From a virus: a stretch of DNA of 5,740 bases. The stretch lies in IMG/VR virus record IMGVR_UViG_3300045988_010074; one strand, 5' to 3'. The translations under genes and the position numbers were made by a program. Shown piece by piece: positions 1 to 5,214 of this stretch. The stretch's first letter is position 1; each line of letters starts with the position of its first letter. The notes under the pieces are model-generated. The model was given only the letters and a program-made list of their open reading frames with translations. It searched no databases and was not told the DNA's origin.

Positions 1-55
1 TGGGTTCAGACCTGCTTTCTTTAGGTCTTCTACCCCTCTCTGGTAGGCTGTGCTG
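1..55. repeat. Terminal direct repeat, left copy; marks circular closure
   Basis: Compared base by base, the 55 nt are identical to 5686..5740. Confidence 0.95.
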
Positions 56-522
56 GACATCATCTGTTGCCAGTCTCGATTCTTTTGGCTTTCTTCCCGG
101 TTAAATGCCATTGCGGCAGCTTGGCTCTGTGCTGTCAGCTCGTTTGCCCTGGCGTTTGACCATAGGTTCATCAGGTTTCCCAGTGCCCATTGTCCGCTTT
201 GCAGGTTGTTTGCTGTCTGTGCTTGTCCGGCGTTAAAGCTGGCTGCTGTCTCTGAGTTGTTTCCCGTGATGCCCGTTAAAGCCTTTCCTAGGATGTCTGA
301 TATTCCAGCCGTGTTACCCTGCGTTACCTGTCCGCCTTGGGTTCCGGTTGCTTGGCTCATGTTTCCTGACATGGTCGTGTTTCCAACCTGTTGGTTCATG
401 GTGCTTTGATTCATTGCGCTGCTGTTCGACCCTTTCGAGTTGATATAGCTGCTTGCTATATTGCCCATAGCTCCTACTACGCTTGGCAGTAGCTGCAAAG
501 CGATTGCTCCCCATCCTGCCAT
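1..522 (-). CDS. VP2: Minor capsid / DNA pilot protein VP2, N-terminal 174 codons. The ORF runs off the window start and continues at 5685 on the circular molecule, giving 324 aa in total.
   Basis: ATG at 522..520 follows AAGGAGGTG with a 4-nt spacer (caaa). I checked every minus-frame triplet from 522 to 1 and found no stop. The N-terminus MAGWGAIALQLLPSVVGAMGNIA is hydrophobic, followed by Q/N/G/T/S-rich sequence. The motif NREESQKNRDWQQMMSSTAYQRGVEDLKKAGLNP matches the conserved microvirus pilot-protein core (SNTAYQR..DL..AGLNP.LA type). The ORF is missing from the supplied track because it has no stop inside the window. Confidence 0.85.
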   Translation of the reverse strand, partial: MAGWGAIALQLLPSVVGAMGNIASSYINSKGSNSSAMNQSTMNQQVGNTTMSGNMSQATGTQGGQVTQGNTAGISDILGKALTGITGNNSETAASFNAGQAQTANNLQSGQWALGNLMNLWSNARANELTAQSQAAAMAFNREESQKNRDWQQMMSSTAYQRGVEDLKKAGLNP

Positions 523-533
523 TTTGCACCTCC

Positions 534-2162
534 TTAGATCGTATCGAGGCCCGGCACGCTGTAGATCGGCATGGGTCTTGTCCAGGTTTGGTCAAAGTAA
601 AAGTTGCAGATGAATTGGTAGCTGTGTTCGGTGTCTTCCACTGCCAGTGTTCTGGCGATGTTTTCTGTACCTTCTTTGATCCATTCGTTCGACAGTGTCG
701 GCAGGCTCGTGTAGTGGTCTGCATAGTGCCAGGCATCCAGGCTCTGTGCATAGGTGCTGCGCATTTCGGACGTTACTATGTTCGTGCGGTATCTGTAGTC
801 GGCCCAGGCTTCCTGGTAGCCGAAAACCTCCTCGTCTTTTGCGTTTCCCTGTGCATAGATTTCCTGATTGAGCACCGGCTGTTCTCCCAGGTTTGCAAGC
901 ATTGGGTCATAATAGCTGAACCGTGTGCTTCTCGTCCACATTCGGCTTAAGCCCTGCTGATAGCTGTGATCTACTCGCACGCAGCACAGGCCTAGCACAT
1001 AGCCGTGTTCAGTTGCGCTGTAGGTGCACATGTGTCTGGACATGGTTGTCATACTGTATGCTGCTGTGTTGCCCTGCGGGCTGGTCGTGTTGGAGCTTGA
1101 CGTTTGGATGACCTGGTTGATGTTGATCGGCATTCTGTATCCGCCGATGTATTCGCTTCGGTCAAGGCGTGCATCCGGCGATGTTACACCCCAGGCTCCT
1201 TTCAGTATTTCTTTGTACCTGGTTCCGGTTCTTGCGTCTCGTTCCAGGATGTGCTGCACTGCGATGGCGTTGCGGAGTTCGTTGATTGTGGTTGCTGCTG
1301 TACTGCTTAGGTCAGCACCCAGGAATCCCTGCGTTGGTTTTTCTTCTCTTTGGAATGTTACTACTGTTCCGGTTGTTGTGATCGCTGTTGGTGCGTTGTT
1401 GTTTGTCATGCCTTGCTGCCATATAAATCCAAGATTTGATGCGCTCATGTCTGTTTTTTGGGTCAGGTCTTGATCTTCGTATGTGTATAGCTTTGCATTC
1501 CCTGTTAGCGGCAGCGGAACGGCCTGGCCTTTCTGCGGCTGTGGCAGACTGCTGGTGAAGTAGTCTTTGTGTTTGCAGACTTTCAGCGGATATCCTCCGC
1601 ATTCTCCAACATAGATTCCTTCTTTGTCGTTTGTTCCGTTGCTGGTTGCATCTCCTTTTGCCATTGTTTGAGGCTGTTGTAAGTTTTCATCCCGGAACCA
1701 TTCGTTCCAGATTTTCGCATAGGCTCGTAGCGGCATCGAGTTTACTTGAATGTTGGGTACTCCTGTTGGGATGCCCATATAATCTGCGATTGTGCCAACG
1801 TTCCAACCGTTTGCCGGTGCTGTGGTTTTTGGCGTTGTGTATTCTGTTGCTTCTGCCCAGAAGGTGGAGTCGTTCTGGCCCATCATGTTTACGAAGTGTT
1901 CCCACAGCAGTCGACACGGTACGAAGAAGAAAAACACATCCATGTTACAGTTATCCATGACCGGATAGAGCGGAGTGGCCATTCTCACCAGGCCGTTCAG
2001 GTCGATTTTGAAAGTGTCGCCGGGAAGCACCTCGTCTACATAGATCGGCACAAGATCGCCTTCGTTGAGTGTGGTCAGTAGCGAGAAGTCTCTCTTGAAA
2101 CGGCTTCGCCGGATTTCTGCGTGCGGCACTTGGTTGTAGTGCTGTTCACTGTTTCTGTTCAT
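534..2162 (-). CDS. VP1: Major capsid protein VP1 (F-like), 542 aa
   Basis: ATG at 2162 is preceded by AAGGAGGA, which lies within the last VP3 codons. Hallmark Microviridae capsid segments are present: RSRFKRDFSLLTTLNEGDLVPIYVDEVLPGDTF, DYFTSSLPQPQKG, INELRNAIAVQHILERDARTGTRYKEILKGAWGV and RSEYIGG. It is the longest ORF in the window. Confidence 0.97.
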   Translation of the reverse strand: MNRNSEQHYNQVPHAEIRRSRFKRDFSLLTTLNEGDLVPIYVDEVLPGDTFKIDLNGLVRMATPLYPVMDNCNMDVFFFFVPCRLLWEHFVNMMGQNDSTFWAEATEYTTPKTTAPANGWNVGTIADYMGIPTGVPNIQVNSMPLRAYAKIWNEWFRDENLQQPQTMAKGDATSNGTNDKEGIYVGECGGYPLKVCKHKDYFTSSLPQPQKGQAVPLPLTGNAKLYTYEDQDLTQKTDMSASNLGFIWQQGMTNNNAPTAITTTGTVVTFQREEKPTQGFLGADLSSTAATTINELRNAIAVQHILERDARTGTRYKEILKGAWGVTSPDARLDRSEYIGGYRMPININQVIQTSSSNTTSPQGNTAAYSMTTMSRHMCTYSATEHGYVLGLCCVRVDHSYQQGLSRMWTRSTRFSYYDPMLANLGEQPVLNQEIYAQGNAKDEEVFGYQEAWADYRYRTNIVTSEMRSTYAQSLDAWHYADHYTSLPTLSNEWIKEGTENIARTLAVEDTEHSYQFICNFYFDQTWTRPMPIYSVPGLDTI

Positions 2163-2165
2163 GCT

Positions 2166-2648
2166 TTATTCCTCCTTTTTTGTTGATTCTGCTGTGTCTG
2201 GCGTTTTTACTGCAGCATTGTTTTTCGGCATAATGCCCATATTTTCAAGCCATTCCGGCTCTCCTGCGGTTGCTGCCCAGTTATCAAAGTTGTTGTTGAA
2301 CTTGTTTCTGATCTCCAGTGGCAGTGCATCGAACTTTTCTTTCTGTTCGTTCATCAGGTTCCGCCATTCGATGTAGTTTGCAGGCAGCTTGCTGGTGTCG
2401 ATGTACCAGCCGGGATTCGCCATGACGGTTGTGTCACCTGCTGCATACCTTGCTAGGATGCTCATGGGGTCGACTTCGTCCCTGTAACTTTGGATTTTTT
2501 CATACGTGTTGATCTCTCCCACCTGTTCAAGGTAGGGATTTCCGTTTTCATCGTACCGCTCTTTGTATTGCGGCTCCATAATATTTCCCGGATTGTTTGG
2601 TACTCTTTTCGGTTTTTCATCTTCATAGGGTGTAAAGATTTTAATCAT
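2166..2648 (-). CDS. VP3: Internal scaffolding protein VP3, 160 aa
   Basis: ATG at 2648 has GGAGGA upstream. The size, the position immediately upstream of VP1 (3-nt gap) and the C-terminal FDALPLEIRNKFNNNFDNW segment resemble the gokushovirus VP3 scaffold family (F..LP..IR..F.N pattern). This rests on recollection, not a search. Confidence 0.8.
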   Translation of the reverse strand: MIKIFTPYEDEKPKRVPNNPGNIMEPQYKERYDENGNPYLEQVGEINTYEKIQSYRDEVDPMSILARYAAGDTTVMANPGWYIDTSKLPANYIEWRNLMNEQKEKFDALPLEIRNKFNNNFDNWAATAGEPEWLENMGIMPKNNAAVKTPDTAESTKKEE

Positions 2649-2898
2649 TCTTTTTTTCCTCCATGGTTTTCTTGACCTGTTCGATGTTCCATTCCAGCTC
2701 CGGCATGCATGGCGTGATCAGGCCGGTTTCGGTGTCGTACTGCCCCAGATGATAGACCCGTTTATCCTCGCAGTCGCTTTTTTCCATCTCCTGAGTCATC
2801 CACTTGAAGGTCCGTTCCTTTACGATCGGATTAATTACCATGATGTTTCCGAAGGTACCTGCCAGCTCATCTTTGATTGCATAGAGTTCAAAAGTCAT
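2641..2898 (-). CDS. Hypothetical small acidic protein, 85 aa; possibly a conserved microvirus non-structural protein
   Basis: ATG at 2898 has GGAGGATAAC upstream. It overlaps the upstream gene by 11 nt and VP3 by 8 nt, which suggests translational coupling. The pattern LYAIKDELAGTF ... HLGQYDTETGLI recalls small accessory proteins I have seen in gokushovirus-like genomes (Y.I.D ... LG.YD..TG.I); this is unverified. Confidence 0.65.
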   Translation of the reverse strand: MTFELYAIKDELAGTFGNIMVINPIVKERTFKWMTQEMEKSDCEDKRVYHLGQYDTETGLITPCMPELEWNIEQVKKTMEEKKND

Positions 2899-3088
2899 TT
2901 TTGTTATCCTCCATAACCTCGTTTATGATATCGTTTTTGTGATATTTTATCCCATATTCGATTGCTTTTCGTATCGCTGCCGGCAGGCTGCATCCCAGCT
3001 CTTCTGCCAGATCATCAATTTCGGCTGCTGTGTCATACTTTAGTCTGACTGTCAGTGTGCAGCATGCCATGTTCTTGATGTTTTTCAC
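2888..3088 (-). CDS. Ribbon-helix-helix (CopG/Arc/MetJ-like) DNA-binding protein, 66 aa
   Basis: GTG start at 3088 has GAGGAGGA 8 nt upstream and overlaps the preceding stop (cTGTGA). An alternative ATG lies 6 codons in. TLTVRLKYDTAAEIDDLAEELGCSLPAAIRKAIEYGI reads as a beta-strand, helix A, a G-x-S turn and helix B, which is the canonical RHH layout. Confidence 0.6.
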   Translation of the reverse strand: MKNIKNMACCTLTVRLKYDTAAEIDDLAEELGCSLPAAIRKAIEYGIKYHKNDIINEVMEDNKNDF

Positions 3089-3204
3089 AGTCTGATTCCT
3101 CCTCTGCTGGGCTTCGGATTGACATTGATTTTTTTGGTTTTCTTTGCCGTGTTGGTGAAAACCTTCTTGTCGGTCTTCGGTTTTACAGTGCTGCGGTGTG
3201 CCAT
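3085..3204 (-). CDS. Very basic 39-aa peptide; candidate J / ORF8-like DNA-binding packaging protein
   Basis: Translated by hand as MAHRSTVKPKTDKKVFTNTAKKTKKINVNPKPSRGGIRL, with 12 K/R and 1 acidic residue. ATG at 3204 overlaps the upstream stop (TAATG), and AGGAGGA lies 7 nt upstream. It is below the size cutoff of the ORF track. Confidence 0.5.
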   Translation of the reverse strand: MAHRSTVKPKTDKKVFTNTAKKTKKINVNPKPSRGGIRL

Positions 3205-3311
3205 TACTCTTCCTCCTTATCGAGTTCCATTGCGTGGTAAATCTTATCCAGCATGTGCAGGATTTTCTTCAGGTGTCGGAAAATTGCGTTGATGTCCTGC
3301 AATGTTACCAT
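3204..3311 (-). CDS. Hypothetical 35-aa helical peptide; first ORF of the coupled structural-module chain
   Basis: Translated by hand as MVTLQDINAIFRHLKKILHMLDKIYHAMELDKEEE. ATG at 3311 is preceded by AAGGAGGT with an 8-nt spacer. The stop overlaps the next start. No homology was recognised. Confidence 0.4.
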   Translation of the reverse strand: MVTLQDINAIFRHLKKILHMLDKIYHAMELDKEEE

Positions 3312-3363
3312 TTTTTTCAACCTCCTTTCGGTAATTTTGTTTATATTTCTATTTTATCAAAAG

Positions 3364-3401
3364 AAAAAAAAAAAAAACAAGGTGGGTTTTTGTCCACCTT
3401 G
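3364..3401 (-). terminator. Rho-independent terminator for minus-strand transcripts
   Basis: On the minus strand, an 8-bp stem CAAGGTGG / CCACCTTG (3401..3394 and 3385..3378) with an 8-nt loop is followed directly by a run of 14 T (3377..3364). It begins 10 nt after the stop of the 56-aa ORF. Confidence 0.75.
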
Positions 3402-3411
3402 CTGATTTTAG

Positions 3412-3582
3412 TTATTTGTTTTCGTATTCTTTGAGTTTTTCACAGATTGCATCTGTCCATTCTTTATCGAATCCGAATTTTTTTCTGAACTTCTCGCCGT
3501 CTGTGCTTTTGTAGTGTCTTCTGTGCATTTCCTTTGCTAGTCTGGTGATCTCTTCTTCATACATCGTCATTTTAAACACCAT
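3412..3582 (-). CDS. Hypothetical 56-aa hydrophilic protein, the sole gene of the P2-to-terminator unit
   Basis: This is track ORF 3412..3606 trimmed to the ATG at 3582, because the GTG at 3606 lies inside the P2 promoter spacer. Sequence: MVFKMTMYEEEITRLAKEMHRRHYKSTDGEKFRKKFGFDKEWTDAICEKLKEYENK. The Shine-Dalgarno site is weak or ambiguous (AAAGGTG / GAAAGG), and in-frame ATGs at 3570 and 3564 are alternatives. Confidence 0.55.
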   Translation of the reverse strand: MVFKMTMYEEEITRLAKEMHRRHYKSTDGEKFRKKFGFDKEWTDAICEKLKEYENK

Positions 3583-3588
3583 CCTTTC

Positions 3589-3608
3589 TACACCTTTATT
3601 ATACACCT
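3589..3608 (-). promoter_or_regulatory. Tandem direct repeat AGGTGTA-TAATAA-AGGTGTA overlapping the -10 and start region of P2; candidate operator
   Basis: The minus strand reads AGGTGTA (3608..3602), TAATAA, AGGTGTA (3595..3589), with a 13-nt period. The same arrangement sits in the same register at P1. Confidence 0.4.
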
Positions 3609-3626
3609 AAAATATACACTTGTCAA
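3598..3626 (-). promoter_or_regulatory. Promoter P2: perfect sigma70/sigmaA consensus
   Basis: On the minus strand, TTGACA (3626..3621), a 17-nt spacer and TATAAT (3603..3598). It is intergenic, downstream of the VP4 stop and upstream of the 56-aa ORF. Confidence 0.7.
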
Positions 3627-3645
3627 GCATTATTTTAAGTTTTTG

Positions 3646-3687
3646 GCTGTCCGTTCGGCCGTGGTCGGCCGACGAATAGAGGACAGC
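3646..3687. repeat. Compound inverted repeat (nested hairpin) in the VP4 to P2 intergenic region
   Basis: The outer 7-bp arms are GCTGTCC (3646..3652) and GGACAGC (3681..3687). The inner 6-bp arms are TCGGCC (3655..3660) and GGCCGA (3667..3672). The inner element is also a direct repeat, TCGGCCG-TGG-TCGGCCG. No U-tract follows on the coding strand. Confidence 0.5.
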
Positions 3688-3750
3688 GTGACTTTTAGAT
3701 TAGATTCCGGTTCGTGCTTTTATTGGCCGTTCTCGTGGTTTGTAGATGGC

Positions 3751-4854
3751 TTAGACCTCGGTGCGTATGAGTTTGCTTATTCGTTCTTGCATTTTTTTGT
3801 CTTTCAGGTTATAATAATCCTGCATGGTCAGGCCGGTCTGCTTGAGCTGAGCAAATAGAGCGTCGTTCGCGATTCTTCGGCGCTCTCGTTTAATTGCTTT
3901 CAGTTCTTCGGATTCGGCTTTTTCTGTTATATCTTCAATTTTTTGCACTTCTTCATCTGTCAGCGGCTTTGCTCCATGGTCGATGTCGAATAGCTTGTCA
4001 AAGTATCTTGGCGGTTTACAGATTTTTCCGTTCTTTAGCTGTATTTGATCTTTTTCGTAGATTTCCGCTGCATGGTCATAGTAGTATTGTGCACCTATTG
4101 CCGGTTTTTTGCTCATAAGGCATTGTTCCGGCATAATGCCTAGTTCTTCATAAAATTTTTTGCCGTCCTTTCCGTAAATCTTTTTTGTTGTGTACCTTGC
4201 TGTGTATGCCATAGATCGCCATTCTGCTGGTGCTAGAATGACGTGTCCCATGCCCCAGATTTTTTCTAGCCATTCGCAGTTATAGTATGTGAATCCTCTT
4301 TCTTTCTTGTAAACTTTTAAATCTTCCTGTTTTATTGGTAGATCGTAGACAATTGCGTGATAGTGTGGTCTGTGTGTCTGGCTGCCGTATTCGCCAGCTT
4401 GGAAATACATTAGCTTTCCGGTTCCTTTTTCGTGATACTCTATGTATCGCCGCAGACGTTTCCAGAATTTTTGCATGTCCTCATAGCATAGACTCAAGTT
4501 TTCTGTTATTACTTCGCCTGTCAGTGTGTCCCATGTCGCTCGATATGGGACATTTTCGTTATCATAGGTGAGAGTTAGGAACCATGCGTTCTTGTGGTAT
4601 GGCAGCTCCATTTCCATTCTGTTCGCCCAGGATGCTGCGTTCGCCATTTTGCATCCAGGACAGTGCCCGCATGGTAGCAGCTGAGCATTCTGTTCTTTGA
4701 GCAGTTTTTTAACTCGCTGTTCGTTCCACTTCTGCTGTCTTTGATCAGCGTCAAACTCTAGCCTTTCGCCTGTTTTTGACAAGTATGCCTTCAGGCTGAC
4801 CACTCTTTCTTGTCTGTTGATGACGGTTCTAACCAATGGTCTCGTACATGGCAT
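3751..4854 (-). CDS. VP4: Replication initiation protein VP4 (HUH rolling-circle endonuclease), 367 aa
   Basis: Microvirus Rep motifs are present: N-terminal MPCTRPL, LPCGHCPGCKMANAASWANR, motif I WFLTLTYD, motif II GEYGSQTHRPHYHAIVY, motif III YTARYTTKK and MSKKPAIG. The start is set at the ATG at 4854, with AAGGAAGGAGG 12 nt upstream, rather than the track's TTG at 4926. Confidence 0.93.
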   Translation of the reverse strand: MPCTRPLVRTVINRQERVVSLKAYLSKTGERLEFDADQRQQKWNEQRVKKLLKEQNAQLLPCGHCPGCKMANAASWANRMEMELPYHKNAWFLTLTYDNENVPYRATWDTLTGEVITENLSLCYEDMQKFWKRLRRYIEYHEKGTGKLMYFQAGEYGSQTHRPHYHAIVYDLPIKQEDLKVYKKERGFTYYNCEWLEKIWGMGHVILAPAEWRSMAYTARYTTKKIYGKDGKKFYEELGIMPEQCLMSKKPAIGAQYYYDHAAEIYEKDQIQLKNGKICKPPRYFDKLFDIDHGAKPLTDEEVQKIEDITEKAESEELKAIKRERRRIANDALFAQLKQTGLTMQDYYNLKDKKMQERISKLIRTEV

Positions 4855-4878
4855 AGATGTTTCATGCCTCCTTCCTTG

Positions 4879-4919
4879 AATGGGCCCCAATAACCTTCTT
4901 GATGTTATTGGGGCCCATT
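4879..4919. repeat. Perfect 16-bp inverted repeat with a 9-nt loop, directly abutting the VP4 ribosome-binding site
   Basis: The arms are AATGGGCCCCAATAAC (4879..4894) and GTTATTGGGGCCCATT (4904..4919), with loop 4895..4903. It sits in the 140-nt untranslated spacer between the 55-aa ORF and VP4. No T-run follows on the coding strand. Confidence 0.65.
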
Positions 4920-4994
4920 GACACAAAATTTAGATGCTGCTCGCTTCTCGTGATGGACAAATGTTGCTTCCCTGAGTGAGGCGGTAGCCGTAAC

Positions 4995-5162
4995 TCATGC
5001 TGTTTTGTATCCTAGCGCTTCTGCGTATACATCAATTGCATCCCTTATGATATCGCTGTCGATGTATTTATCATACAGTTTGCATGTTTTGATGAACTCT
5101 AGTTCTTCGATCTGTTTTTGTGTTAGGTTGATGTTCATTCTTTTTGCCATTTGGCTTCTCAT
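4995..5162 (-). CDS. Hypothetical 55-aa protein, possibly ribbon-helix-helix-like; first gene downstream of P1
   Basis: Translated base by base as MRSQMAKRMNINLTQKQIEELEFIKTCKLYDKYIDSDIIRDAIDVYAEALGYKTA. ATG at 5162 has AGGAGG 7 nt upstream, and the stop is TGA at 4997..4995. A basic stretch plus a short strand (KRMNINL) followed by two amphipathic helices fits an RHH, but the inter-helix linker is longer than canonical. It is below the track size cutoff. Confidence 0.55.
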   Translation of the reverse strand: MRSQMAKRMNINLTQKQIEELEFIKTCKLYDKYIDSDIIRDAIDVYAEALGYKTA

Positions 5163-5180
5163 GGTATGCCCTCCTACTTT

Positions 5181-5214
5181 AGGTGTGCGATTCTTACACC
5201 CATATTATACACCT
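5181..5214 (-). promoter_or_regulatory. Tandem direct repeat AGGTGTA-TAATAT-GGGTGTA plus an inverted copy ACACCT over the -10/+1 region and leader of P1; candidate operator
   Basis: The minus strand reads AGGTGTA (5214..5208), TAATAT, GGGTGTA (5201..5195), AGAATCGC, ACACCT (5186..5181). The 13-nt period and the register relative to the -10 are identical to P2. Confidence 0.4.

Noticed and set aside
314-751. 145-aa minus-strand ORF spanning the VP1/VP2 junction in another frame
   Set aside because: It overlaps two strongly supported genes out of frame. Its R/T/K-rich composition is typical of off-frame translation of A-rich codons. I saw no RBS or recognisable motif. Overlapping genes do occur in microviruses, so this is a low-probability call rather than an impossible one.
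1312-1917. Minus-strand ORFs 1312..1602 (96 aa) and 1687..1917 (76 aa) embedded in VP1; likewise 5331..5552 (73 aa) embedded in VP2
   Set aside because: These are alternative-frame ORFs inside conserved genes. They are hydrophilic and basic, have no TM segment (so they are not E-like lysis candidates), and have no evident ribosome-binding site.
2641-3088. RHH (66 aa) plus the overlapping downstream 85-aa ORF as a type II toxin-antitoxin pair
   Set aside because: The size and arrangement are suggestive, but the 85-aa protein is clearly acidic (about 17 D/E against 11 K/R) and lacks the basic RelE/ParE-like character. It looks more like a small conserved microvirus accessory protein. This was not tested by search.
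3312-3363. Candidate weak promoters (TTGATA ... AAATTA, or a T-run ... TATAAA) upstream of the 35-aa ORF
   Set aside because: No combination gives acceptable -35 and -10 hexamers at 16-18 nt spacing, so it is not reported as a feature. It is discussed as an open question in the findings.
3583-3606. 8-codon extension of the small ORF to a GTG start at 3606, as listed in the ORF track
   Set aside because: The GTG lies inside the P2 spacer and overlaps the -10 hexamer, upstream of any plausible transcript start from P2.
3787-3815. Plus-strand promoter-like TTGCAT-17-TATAAT inside the 3' end of VP4, which would give an RNA antisense to Rep
   Set aside because: The -10 is perfect, but the -35 matches only 3 of 6 positions. 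About 3 chance TATAAT hexamers are expected in a genome of this size counting both strands, and no downstream plus-strand feature supports it.
4791-4865. 24-aa out-of-frame uORF starting at the ATG one nucleotide after the GGAGG upstream of VP4
   Set aside because: The spacing to the GGAGG core is too short, with only the weaker AAGGA at a usable distance. It overlaps the conserved VP4 N-terminus out of frame. No independent support.
4855-4926. 24-codon N-terminal extension of VP4 from a TTG start, as listed in the ORF track
   Set aside because: The extension would translate straight through the 16-bp hairpin and across the AAGGAAGGAGG site. The internal ATG at 4854 gives the typical microvirus Rep N-terminus (M.C..PL) with an upstream SD.
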